From the NCBI GenBank assembly GCA_964645875.1, contig CAZYCX010000002.1:4354-68353 (forward strand): a DNA stretch of 64,000 nucleotides, written 5' to 3'. Under the pieces are notes generated by a model. The model was not told the DNA's origin. It did no database searches and worked only from the letters and a program-made list of their open reading frames with translations. This document shows, piece after piece, positions 36,014 to 45,091 of this stretch (positions are counted from its first letter, which is position 1; every line of letters starts with the position of its first letter). This DNA is from an uncultured Acidimicrobiaceae bacterium (lineage in GTDB: Bacteria > Actinomycetota > Acidimicrobiia > Spongiisociales > ZC4RG35). A program made the translations under genes and the position numbers.

Positions 36014-37218
36014 AGTCCCACCGTGATCTTCACCTCGGTTCCGGCCGTGTCGCCGGAGTCGATGGCGACCAGGCCGCCGACGGTTTCGACTCTCTGGTTC
36101 AGTCGTGCCGCCAGACGTGCCAACACCGAGTTCTCCATGCCTTTCCCGTTGTCCCTGATGTGGATGTGCGCGGTGTCGTCCACCAACTGCGAGAAGATCG
36201 AGATGCTCTGCGCGCTGGAGTGCTTGACTGCGTTGGTCAACGCCTCCCGCGCCGCCTCGATCGCCGCCTCCAGGTCCGGGGTCAAAGGAGCGTCATCGCG
36301 GATGACGGCCTCGATCTCGACCCGGTGGATGTCCTCGACGTCGTCTCGAATCGCCAACAGAGCCGCCTTGAAGCTCTTCTCGTGCTGCGAGCGCCACTCC
36401 TCGATGTTGCGTCGCAGTTCTCGTTCCTGCCGTCGCGCCAAGTAGCGGGATTGCGCCGGGTCGTCGGCTCCCATCCGGATGGCATGGAACGTCTGCAGGA
36501 CCGAGTCGTGGAGCGTGTTGACCAACTCGACACGAGCTTCGTGGGCGCCCAATGCCTCTCTCTCGGCGGCGAGTTGTCCCTCGGCTCGCTGACGGGCGAG
36601 GTCGTAGTCACGGAGCCGGTCGAACGTCCATCCCACGATGGCGGCGATGATGAAGAAGATGATGCTGCCCGCGGCTCGGACCGCGCCGAGGTCGGCGATC
36701 ACATGGACGGCGAACTGCTCGACGGCGAGCAGGATGGCGGCGATGAGAGATCCGGGAAGGCCACCCCAGAGGGCGCCAACGAACACGTAGGACAACGGCA
36801 TGCCACCGTGGAACAGCTCACCCGCTCCAGCCGCCACCGAGGCTGCGCCTACGGCGAGCATGGCTGTGGAGTCGAATACGAACCAAACGGGACCGGCGAG
36901 GCGCGCGGGATGGTTGCGTGCCATGTACCACGTCAGGAAGGTCCATATGGTGGCCAGAGCCAACGATCCGTAGACGATCCAGAGACGTGGGGGAGGGCTG
37001 GAAGCCAGCGTCACCACGACCAGGAGGGTCATCCAGATCCATCCGAGGAAGCGGAACACGACCACCATGCGGCGGAGAGTCGCCTCCAGCTCCGGGCTTC
37101 CCCGATGGATGAATCTCCCTCGCAGCATCGGAAGGAAGCTAGCCGGAATCACCTGGTCATGAGGCTCGAACGAGGGCCTGGGGAGCCGTCGAGACGGCTC
37201 CCCAGGTGAGGTCCCCAT
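36010..37218 (-). CDS. sensor histidine kinase (HisKA_3/NarX-like) with 5-6 TM sensor domain
   Basis: Polytopic N-terminus, H-box region HDSVLQTFHAI, HATPase_c (DNGKGM). Confidence 0.85.
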   Translation of the reverse strand: MGTSPGEPSRRLPRPSFEPHDQVIPASFLPMLRGRFIHRGSPELEATLRRMVVVFRFLGWIWMTLLVVVTLASSPPPRLWIVYGSLALATIWTFLTWYMARNHPARLAGPVWFVFDSTAMLAVGAASVAAGAGELFHGGMPLSYVFVGALWGGLPGSLIAAILLAVEQFAVHVIADLGAVRAAGSIIFFIIAAIVGWTFDRLRDYDLARQRAEGQLAAEREALGAHEARVELVNTLHDSVLQTFHAIRMGADDPAQSRYLARRQERELRRNIEEWRSQHEKSFKAALLAIRDDVEDIHRVEIEAVIRDDAPLTPDLEAAIEAAREALTNAVKHSSAQSISIFSQLVDDTAHIHIRDNGKGMENSVLARLAARLNQRVETVGGLVAIDSGDTAGTEVKITVGL

Positions 37219-37400
37219 TGTCGCTTCGAGGGACGGAGTTCTTGCCCTGAAGTCCCCCTACTGACGTCCATCATGTCCGATCGACGCCGGCCTGTACATG
37301 GGGAATGTCCCCCATGTATGCGGCATCGAAACATTCAACGGCCACCGTTAGCCGGTGGCCGTTGCTTGCGTGCGGGCCCCTGTATCGGGACCCGTTGAGT

Positions 37401-37730
37401 TCAAAAGACCTGGATGGACAGGGGGATGGCGATTAGGGCCGCGGCCACGAGAGCCAACCTGGTGACGGTGGGTACCCGAGCGGCGCGGATCGCCGATGCG
37501 GCGAGCCCGACTCCAAGGAGTACGAGCGCCCAGGAGCCTGACGACACCAGGGAGGCAGTCATCAGGACGAAAGTGGCTGTGACCATTCCTGCCACCGCGA
37601 TGAAGACCCTTACCGCCTTCCCGGCGGGATGAGTGGCCCATGCGTTGGCCGGGTGACTGGTTGCTGTCATGGTGAGGGTTTCGGCAGCCCCCGGCTCTGG
37701 CTTGAGGGTCGAACGGCCCATTTGGACCAT
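37401..37730 (-). CDS. small membrane protein (hypothetical)
   Basis: Two hydrophobic helices (VFIAVAGMVTATFVLMTASLV; LALVAAALIAIPL). Confidence 0.35.
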   Translation of the reverse strand: MVQMGRSTLKPEPGAAETLTMTATSHPANAWATHPAGKAVRVFIAVAGMVTATFVLMTASLVSSGSWALVLLGVGLAASAIRAARVPTVTRLALVAAALIAIPLSIQVF

Positions 37731-37749
37731 CGAGGAGGCCTGTCTGTCG

Positions 37750-39141
37750 TCAGTCGTCCATGGCAGCTCTCACCGCGAGATATCCACACATCCCGTGGAC
37801 GCCGGCGCCGGGGGGAACGGCAGAAGAGCACAGAAACACCCCGCCTCCGAGGTCGTAAGGGGCCTTGGATCCGATTTGCAGGACCTTGGCCAGCCCAAAC
37901 TGGCCGCCACCGATGTCGCCGCCGACGTAGTTGGGGTTGTAGTCCTGATAGGCCATCGACCCCCACGAGCTCCTTTCCAGGATTCGGCCCCGAAACCCAG
38001 GTGCGAACCGCTCCACCTGATCCTCGATGGCTTCGGTCATGTCGACATCCGAGCCGTTGGGCACGTGGCAGTATGCCCAGGCAGTGTGATTGCCCTCGGG
38101 GGCACGTGACTCGTCGAACAGTGACTGTTGGGCCAGTAGGACGAAAGGTCGGTGAGGGTGCTCACCCTTACCCACGGCGCGCTCGGCGGCGGCCACCTCC
38201 GCATAGCGGCCACCGAGGTGGACGGTGCCGGCTCGGGGGCTGAGCGGGTCGCTCCATGGAATCGGCCCGTCCAGTGCCCAATCGAGCTTGAAGATGCCTG
38301 GGCCCGGCTTCCAGCGGGACAGCCGTCGGGCGCTCGCGGACGAGATGCGATCCTTGGCGATGGAGAGGGCGGCGGGTGGCATCACGTCGAGGAAGACCTT
38401 GTCGGCGTCGAGCTCGTCGGTGGAGGAGACGGTCCTCCCCACCTCGATCTCTCCGCCCAGGTCGACGAAGCGAGCCGCCAGGGCGGTGGCGATGGTCTGT
38501 GATCCCCCTCGGGCTATCGGCCACCCGTGACTGTGGGCTATCGCCCCCAGAATGAGGCCAACGGCCGCGGTCGCCGGAGCGTGGAACGGGGCGATGGCGT
38601 GGGCGAAGACCCCGGCGATGAGGGCCTTCGCCTCGTCTGATGCGAAACGTTTGGCCAGGACCGCGGCGGGAAGCCCGCCCACCAGGCCGAGCCGTGTGAA
38701 GGCCGCAGGGTTGTTCGGGATCACGGTCACCGGGCGAAGGGCCGCGTCCACCATCACGTCGATGCGTTCGACGAACGGACCCATCAGGTCGCGATACCTG
38801 TCGCCGTCATCGCCCAGGCCGGCGGCGGTCTCCTCGACCGATCTGTGCATTGCCACCGCGCGACCGTTGTCGAGGGGATGGGCGAATGGGATCGGTGGCT
38901 GCACCCAATCGATCTCGAGGTCGATCTCGTCGAAGTACGGGGAGGCGATCGCGGCCGGGTGGATGGCGGAGCAGACATCGTGCTTGAACCCGGGGATGGT
39001 CAACTCGGCGGTCCGGGTGCCTCCCCCGATCTCATCCGACGCCTCGACGAGGAGGGTTCTCATACCCGAGCGCGCCAGCTCCAACGCGGCGGCGAGACCG
39101 TTGGGCCCGGCGCCCACCACCGCCGCATCGAATGAGGTCAT
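37750..39141 (-). CDS. FAD-dependent oxidoreductase, phytoene desaturase (CrtI)-like family
   Basis: VVGAGPNGLAAALELARSG dinucleotide motif, 463 aa amine-oxidase/CrtI-like fold. Confidence 0.75.
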   Translation of the reverse strand: MTSFDAAVVGAGPNGLAAALELARSGMRTLLVEASDEIGGGTRTAELTIPGFKHDVCSAIHPAAIASPYFDEIDLEIDWVQPPIPFAHPLDNGRAVAMHRSVEETAAGLGDDGDRYRDLMGPFVERIDVMVDAALRPVTVIPNNPAAFTRLGLVGGLPAAVLAKRFASDEAKALIAGVFAHAIAPFHAPATAAVGLILGAIAHSHGWPIARGGSQTIATALAARFVDLGGEIEVGRTVSSTDELDADKVFLDVMPPAALSIAKDRISSASARRLSRWKPGPGIFKLDWALDGPIPWSDPLSPRAGTVHLGGRYAEVAAAERAVGKGEHPHRPFVLLAQQSLFDESRAPEGNHTAWAYCHVPNGSDVDMTEAIEDQVERFAPGFRGRILERSSWGSMAYQDYNPNYVGGDIGGGQFGLAKVLQIGSKAPYDLGGGVFLCSSAVPPGAGVHGMCGYLAVRAAMDD

Positions 39142-39190
39142 CGCGCCGGATTGTGGTCGATCGGGTCTTGGAGTGGAGGATTTGGGTCAG

Positions 39191-39233
39191 GACGAAGAAA
39201 GGACCGGGGCCCCGAAATTCGGGGCCCCGGTCC
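39191..39233 (-). terminator. intrinsic terminator (14-bp GC stem, AAATT loop, U-rich tail on minus strand)
   Basis: ggaccggggccccg-aaatt-cggggccccggtcc; minus-strand transcript continues UUUCUUCGUC; downstream of gene 39254..39790. Confidence 0.6.
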
Positions 39234-39253
39234 CTCTTCAGGCAGTCGGTTGG

Positions 39254-39790
39254 TTAGAGGAGTACTGCCTTGCGCCGGATGTGAATGAACACGTATCCGA
39301 CGACTATGAGGGTGAGTCCGACCACCATGGCAAAGGCTGCCAGGGCGTACGACACGATCCCCAGGCTGAGCGCCGTGGTCAGGGTCGTGGCATCGAACCA
39401 GGAGGCTCTTGCCTCGTTCGGGACCATGACGACCTCACCGGCCTCGTCGAGGACCGGTTCTCCGGCCTCGTCGATCGCCGGAGCCGTTCGATCCATCTCG
39501 GCGTAGTAGAGGCCATCGGTCCGATCGAGCTGGTGATTATTGATGATGTCGGCCTGCGCCCACATCGTGAACGGGCCCCTTACCGGCGTCTCGGGTATGG
39601 CTGCATCGTCAGGGGTGACGATGTTCTGGACGGCGGCCTGATCCCATGTGTACCAGGCGCCGAGCACCCCACCGGCGATGGAACCGAACCCGACGGTCAT
39701 CGCCAGGATGCCGGCGAGTAGAAGTACGAGACTCTTCTTCGGTGCCGCTTCCACTTGGTAGATGCGGTCTCTTTCGACTGTTGCAGTCAT
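39254..39790 (-). CDS. membrane protein (2 TM, hypothetical)
   Basis: N- and C-terminal hydrophobic helices flanking a soluble acidic segment. Confidence 0.45.
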   Translation of the reverse strand: MTATVERDRIYQVEAAPKKSLVLLLAGILAMTVGFGSIAGGVLGAWYTWDQAAVQNIVTPDDAAIPETPVRGPFTMWAQADIINNHQLDRTDGLYYAEMDRTAPAIDEAGEPVLDEAGEVVMVPNEARASWFDATTLTTALSLGIVSYALAAFAMVVGLTLIVVGYVFIHIRRKAVLL

Positions 39791-39954
39791 TGTGATCCTC
39801 CAATCAACAGGTCAACTGCCTATGGATGAAGCATCGGACTTTGTGAAAGAATTCACGAGTGCCGAAGGTCCCGGTTCGCGGGCCAGAAGTCCCGGGCCGA
39901 AAGTCCCGTCGGACACGGGACCTCCGCCCGCCGGAATCGGAGACGAGCGTGCAC

Positions 39955-39993
39955 GAGGTCTCGGATTCCACGACCTCTTGCTATAGCAACGCC
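39955..39993. repeat. family-2 element copy A: GAGGTC-11nt-GACCTC hairpin + TTGCTATAGCAA palindrome
   Basis: 35/39 identical to copy B at 58.5 kb; 12 nt 3' of enoyl-CoA hydratase stop codon. Confidence 0.5.
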
Positions 39994-40004
39994 AGTTGGG
40001 ACCT

Positions 40005-40832
40005 TCAGGTGCCGGTGAAGTCGGGGTCCCGCTTCTCCATGTAGGCGTTGATCGCCTCCATGAGGTCGTTCGAGACCAGGAACGACGAGTTCCACTGCGC
40101 CACGTAGTCGAGTGCCTGGTCGATGGTTCGTCCGTCGTTGGCCTGGAGGATCCTCTTGATGCCCTGAGTGACCAGTGGTGAGTTGGAGGCGATCTCTCCG
40201 GCCAGCTCCTTCGCCCTGGCGAGGAGGGCTTCGGGATCGGCGAGCACCTGACTGACCAGACCCCATTCCAGGGCCCACGACGCTGGATAGTCGGCACCGG
40301 TCAGCGCCATCTCGGCGGTGACACCGTCGCCAACGATCCTGGGAAGACGCTGCAGGGCCCCGATGTCTGCCACCAGCCCCATCTTGGTCTCCCGGATCGA
40401 GAACACTGCGTCCTCGGAGGCGATGCGGATGTCGCATGCCGAGATGAGGTTCGCTCCGGCGCCCAGGCAGTAGCCGTGGATGGCGGCGATCACCGGCTTG
40501 GCGGTCTCGGCCAGAGAGTCGACCGTGTCCTGAAGACGCTTGATCTCGGTGTAGATGTGGAAGTTGCCCTTGGCGGGCGAGGGCCCATCTGGCTGCAACC
40601 CGCGCAGCATGTCGATGTCGATTCCAACGGTGAAAGCCTTCCCCCGTCCGGCCAGCACGATGACCCGCACGTCTTCGTCCTCGTCGAGCGAGGAGATCGC
40701 ACGTGGGATGTCGGCCCACATGTCCGCGGAGAGTGCGTTCAGCTTCTCCGTCCGGTTGAGCCAAACGATGGCCAGGTGACCGTCCCTTTCGATCTCGAGG
40801 TGCTCGTAGCCCATCGTCGACATGCTATTCAC
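40005..40832 (-). CDS. enoyl-CoA hydratase/isomerase family protein
   Basis: Crotonase fold (IAAIHGYCLGAGANLISACDIRIA, catalytic E region SIRETKMGL). Confidence 0.85.
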   Translation of the reverse strand: MNSMSTMGYEHLEIERDGHLAIVWLNRTEKLNALSADMWADIPRAISSLDEDEDVRVIVLAGRGKAFTVGIDIDMLRGLQPDGPSPAKGNFHIYTEIKRLQDTVDSLAETAKPVIAAIHGYCLGAGANLISACDIRIASEDAVFSIRETKMGLVADIGALQRLPRIVGDGVTAEMALTGADYPASWALEWGLVSQVLADPEALLARAKELAGEIASNSPLVTQGIKRILQANDGRTIDQALDYVAQWNSSFLVSNDLMEAINAYMEKRDPDFTGT

Positions 40833-40904
40833 TGGCCGACTATCGCGAACCCTGGGTTCCAGGCCCCGCGAAGTCCAGCGCCCTGAGAACGCGGGCTCGG
40901 GTAC

Positions 40905-41906
40905 TCAGTCGAGGAGGGTGGGGCGGAAGAGACGGTCGTGGGTGCGGAGGGCGTAACGGTCGGTCATCCCGGCCACGTAATCGACCGCCCGGGTCAGTGA
41001 GTCCGCCTCGGTGACGGTGTACGAGTCCGGGACCTCATGGGGATGGCCCTGGTAGTAGCCGACGAGATCCTGGATGATCATGATCGCCTTCTCCTTCTGG
41101 GCCTCGGACTCGGGGCGCAGATAGACATGCTCGAACATGAAGTCGCGCAGCTCGCCCATCACCGATAGGTGCTCCTCGTCCATCGTCACCTCAGCGGCGC
41201 GGAACGAGGCTTCGACCACGGCGTCGATCATCGAGCCGATCCACTCCCGGGAGGTGGCGCCGAAGGTGGTCAGCGCCTTCACGGGGAGGTCGTGGTACTC
41301 GAGCACACCGGCACGGAGAGCGTCGGATACGTCGTGGGTCAGATAGGCGATGCGGTCGGCGAATCGACACAGCCATCCCTCAGGGGTCTCCGGGGGCGGA
41401 TCGATTTTCCACGAGTGTGCCCGCACTCCGTCGAGAACCTCATGGGTCAGGTTCTGGGGCTCGAGCAGCTCCAGGGTCCTCACCCCGTGGGCCGAGTGAA
41501 GCCACTCGCCCTCGACCAGCGGGCTGAGCGCGTCTTCACCGGTGTGTCCGAACGGGGAGTGCCCCACGTCGTGGGCCAGGCAGATGGCTTCGGTCAGGTC
41601 CTCGTTGAGGCCGAGCGCGCTGGCCATGGCACGACCCACCTGGGTGACGTGGATGGTGTGGGTCATCCGGGTGACGAAGTGGTCACCGTCTGGATTGAGG
41701 AACACCTGGGTCTTGTGCTTGAGACGGCGGAACGCCTTGGAGTGGATGACTCGGTCGCGGTCGCGCTCGAAGGCGGTGCGGAACTCGTCGTCCTCCTCCT
41801 CCTGTCGGCGCCCCAGCGTCTGGTCGGACTTGGTCGCCGCCGGGGCGAGGAGCTCGTGCTCGAGCCGCTCCCGCTCATCACGAGTGCGCCGAAGCATCTC
41901 GCTCAT
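40905..41906 (-). CDS. dgt: dGTPase-like HD-domain deoxynucleoside triphosphate triphosphohydrolase
   Basis: HD motif HDVGHSPFGH, 333 aa. Confidence 0.8.
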   Translation of the reverse strand: MSEMLRRTRDERERLEHELLAPAATKSDQTLGRRQEEEDDEFRTAFERDRDRVIHSKAFRRLKHKTQVFLNPDGDHFVTRMTHTIHVTQVGRAMASALGLNEDLTEAICLAHDVGHSPFGHTGEDALSPLVEGEWLHSAHGVRTLELLEPQNLTHEVLDGVRAHSWKIDPPPETPEGWLCRFADRIAYLTHDVSDALRAGVLEYHDLPVKALTTFGATSREWIGSMIDAVVEASFRAAEVTMDEEHLSVMGELRDFMFEHVYLRPESEAQKEKAIMIIQDLVGYYQGHPHEVPDSYTVTEADSLTRAVDYVAGMTDRYALRTHDRLFRPTLLD

Positions 41907-41907
41907 A

Positions 41908-42858
41908 TCAGGCGGGTGCTTGCAGCTGAATCAGCAGGAACGCCACCGTCCAGGCGATTAGAACCGTCACGGTGATCATCGTCACCCGCTGTGTGAGTCC
42001 GGCTTTGAGGAAGATGGCGACCGGTCCCGGCTCGCGATTGCCGGTGATGATCCGTCGCCGCAGCCTGGCGGAAACGGTGTCGATGGCCAGGACCACCGCG
42101 ATGGTCAAGAAGAGGACTGTGCCGACTCGGGCGTAGTTTCGGAACGCCAGCTGTTGGATCAGCTCCAGACCGATGCCTCCCACCCCGACTGCACCCAGCA
42201 CGGCCGACGCCCTGATGTTGATCTCGAATCGATAGAGCCAGTAGGCGGTGATGGTCGGCATCACCTGGGGAAGTACGCCGTACCGGATCTGTGACAGTCG
42301 GCCGGCACCGGAGCTGGCGATCGCCTCCACCGGCCCTGGGTCGATCCCTTCCATGACCTCCGAGGAGAGCCGCCCCAGGGTGCCGATGGAGTGGAGCCCG
42401 ATGGCCAATACTCCGGTCCAGGGCCCGAGCCCGGTCACCGGGATCAGAACCATGGCGAGGAGCAGTTCGGGCACGGACCGGATGAGGATGAAGATCTGGC
42501 GGATGACGAAGCTAGAGCTCTTGGTGGTCAGGTTCCGCGCCGCCAGGATGGCCAGGGGGAGAGAAAGGGAGGCGGCGATGATCGTCCCCACCCAGGCGAT
42601 GAACAGCGACTCCATGACCTTGGGCATCGCCCGCTGAACCGTCTCCGGGGTCAGGTCGGGTGGGACCATGCGGTGGACGATGTTCCAAATGTCTGCGGGA
42701 GCGGAGAGAACCCGGTCCCAGGTCACGTTGAGCCCGGCGGCGGACCAGATCAACGGGATGAGGATGGCGAGCGTTATCCCCCAGCGAAAGATCTTCGGTC
42801 CGACCGGCTCCTCGGGTCGAAGCTGGGGTGGTGCCGCGGTGGCGGTCGGGCTGCTCAC
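41908..42858 (-). CDS. phnE: phosphonate ABC transporter permease PhnE (copy 2)
   Basis: GTG overlapping upstream stop (GTGA); 6 TM ABC permease with EAA-like loop; N-terminal part of ORF 41908..43482 is antisense artefact. Confidence 0.8.
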   Translation of the reverse strand: MSSPTATAAPPQLRPEEPVGPKIFRWGITLAILIPLIWSAAGLNVTWDRVLSAPADIWNIVHRMVPPDLTPETVQRAMPKVMESLFIAWVGTIIAASLSLPLAILAARNLTTKSSSFVIRQIFILIRSVPELLLAMVLIPVTGLGPWTGVLAIGLHSIGTLGRLSSEVMEGIDPGPVEAIASSGAGRLSQIRYGVLPQVMPTITAYWLYRFEINIRASAVLGAVGVGGIGLELIQQLAFRNYARVGTVLFLTIAVVLAIDTVSARLRRRIITGNREPGPVAIFLKAGLTQRVTMITVTVLIAWTVAFLLIQLQAPA

Positions 42859-44222
42859 ACCAGGCGCCGCCGCAGCGCGTTGCTGATCTGGTCGAGGACG
42901 AACACGACGATGACGACGACGATGACGATGGCCAGGATCCGATCGAACTGGAAGAAGACCCGTTGCGCTTCGAGCACCCGTCCGATACCACCGGCACCGA
43001 CCAGACCGACGATCGCCGAGGCGCGGATGGTGAGCTCGAAGATGTAGAGGGCATACGAGACATAACTGGGCAGGACCTGGGGCAAGACGGAGACTTTCAC
43101 AGCCGGTGAGTGTCGTGAGCCGGTGGCCTTGGCGGCCTCGAGCGGCCCAGGGTCGGCATCGTCGATGGTCTCGGAGAACAACTTCGCCATGATCGCCATG
43201 GCGAAGACCGACAGGGCGATGGTCCCGGCGAACGGACCGCTTCCGACCGAGGCCACCAGGATCACGGCCCAGAACAGGTCGGGGATGGTGCGAGTCACGT
43301 TCATGAACCCCTTGGCGACGAGGTAGAGGGGATGGTTCGGAGAGGTGAGAGTCGAGGCGAGGAAGGCGAGGGGGAGGGCCACACCACACCCGAGGACCGT
43401 GGCGGTGACTCCCATGCGGATCGTCTCGACGAGTGGGTTGGCGCGGAGGGGGGCGCCGAACTCCCAGGAGGGGAGCCACCACCAGTTGCCGTCTCCTATC
43501 GCCCAGGCGAAATCAGGCGGCCAGAAGTTGGGGATCTTGGCGATATCGGCGATCCCCCTGACGAGTGCGTCGATGCTGAATCCAACTGCGGCTCCGGCGA
43601 ACCAGGTGGACAACAGGACGATCGACGCCACGGCCAGTGCGGGGAGTCGGGCGACCACGCCGAGGAAGGCGGCGAACGCGATTCCTCCCAGCAGGAGACC
43701 GATGGCGATGTAGTCACCGGTCCCGAACACCGGCTCCAGTCCTTGTCGCAGCGACGAGACCGGCGTCAGGATGTCGAGGGTGACCGCGGCGGGGAGGGCG
43801 AAAGCGCCTGCCATCGGCCAGGCGATCCCGGCGTTCAACGCAGAAGTGGGTTTGGCCCCGCGTCGCCAGGCCACCACTGCAAAGGCGAGGGCCGCCGGGG
43901 TGAAGGCCAGGGCGAATTGCGCGCACAGGAGGACGTCGACTACTTCGGGTGCCCCAGGCAGGACTCGAGTGGCCAGGAATGTGGAGATGGCCAGGCCGGC
44001 AACGAGCAGTCCGCGGTCGAGATTGGAGACGGTGACCTTGCCCATCGCCAGGGCCGCGACCAGGCCCAGTGCACCGATGGCGCCCCAGAGTAGGCCAGCA
44101 GCCATTCCGGCCGCAGCTCCTCCGAGGGCCATGGCGGCCACCGCCACCAGCAGTGGCAAGGCCATCGTCCAGGCGCGCCGGGGTGGGGTGGGTCGGGCCT
44201 GGGCTGGAGAATCGGTGGTCAC
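42855..44222 (-). CDS. phnE: phosphonate ABC transporter permease PhnE (copy 1, with N-terminal extension)
   Basis: Duplicated PhnE-type TM domain architecture, 455 aa. Confidence 0.8.
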   Translation of the reverse strand: MTTDSPAQARPTPPRRAWTMALPLLVAVAAMALGGAAAGMAAGLLWGAIGALGLVAALAMGKVTVSNLDRGLLVAGLAISTFLATRVLPGAPEVVDVLLCAQFALAFTPAALAFAVVAWRRGAKPTSALNAGIAWPMAGAFALPAAVTLDILTPVSSLRQGLEPVFGTGDYIAIGLLLGGIAFAAFLGVVARLPALAVASIVLLSTWFAGAAVGFSIDALVRGIADIAKIPNFWPPDFAWAIGDGNWWWLPSWEFGAPLRANPLVETIRMGVTATVLGCGVALPLAFLASTLTSPNHPLYLVAKGFMNVTRTIPDLFWAVILVASVGSGPFAGTIALSVFAMAIMAKLFSETIDDADPGPLEAAKATGSRHSPAVKVSVLPQVLPSYVSYALYIFELTIRASAIVGLVGAGGIGRVLEAQRVFFQFDRILAIVIVVVIVVFVLDQISNALRRRLV

Positions 44223-44992
44223 AGATCGGCGCCCTCGAGCAGGTCGTCGGGCGTCACCGACCTCCCATAGATCCCCCTGAAGGTCTCCTCGGCGACGTCG
44301 GCGATGTCACCGTCGTAGACCAATTCGCCATCGCGGAGCCCGATGAGACGCTTCCCGTAGCTGCGTGCCAGGTCGAGGAAGTGGAGGTTGATGATCGTCG
44401 TGATGCCTAGGTCGCGGTTGATTCGCCGCAGGTCGCTCATCACGGTGTGTGAGGTCACCGGGTCGAGCGAAGCCACTGGTTCGTCGGCGAGGAGGACTTT
44501 CGGCTCCTGGGTGAGGGCCCTGGCGATACCCACCCGTTGCTGCTGACCGCCGGAGAGATTGCTGGCCCGGATGTACGCCTTTTCGACGATCTCGACCCTC
44601 TCCAGGGCCCGGAGAGCAATCTCTTTGTCCTCCGCCGGCCACATGCCGAGCAAGGCCCTAACGAATCCGACCTTGGCGAGACGTCCCATCAGCACGTTGT
44701 TGATCACCGTGGTCCGGTTGACCAGGTTGAAGGTCTGGTAGATCATGCCAACTCCGGAGCGCAGCTCGCGCAGGGTGCGATTGCTCGCTCCACGGACTTC
44801 GATCCCATTGACCTTCACCGAACCGGCGGTGATGGGGACGAACCCGTTGATGGCGCGGAGGAAGGTCGACTTTCCGGCCCCGGACAGCCCGACGATCACC
44901 ACCAACTCGCCGTCCCCGATCGTGACGCTCAAGTCGCTGAGGGCCTGGAACCCGTTGGGGTAGGTGACGTCGACGTTGCGGAACTCGATCAT
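44219..44992 (-). CDS. phnC: phosphonate ABC transporter ATP-binding protein
   Basis: GLSGAGKST, LSGGQQQRVGIARAL, LLADEP. Confidence 0.9.
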   Translation of the reverse strand: MIEFRNVDVTYPNGFQALSDLSVTIGDGELVVIVGLSGAGKSTFLRAINGFVPITAGSVKVNGIEVRGASNRTLRELRSGVGMIYQTFNLVNRTTVINNVLMGRLAKVGFVRALLGMWPAEDKEIALRALERVEIVEKAYIRASNLSGGQQQRVGIARALTQEPKVLLADEPVASLDPVTSHTVMSDLRRINRDLGITTIINLHFLDLARSYGKRLIGLRDGELVYDGDIADVAEETFRGIYGRSVTPDDLLEGADL

Positions 44993-45091
44993 CCTGCCTC
45001 TTCTCCGTTTGCCTGGACGGTCCCTTTCGGGACGCTAGCGCGTGAGTGGGGTCGATCCCCGGTCGACCCCACTCATCCAAGCGAGTCCTGC

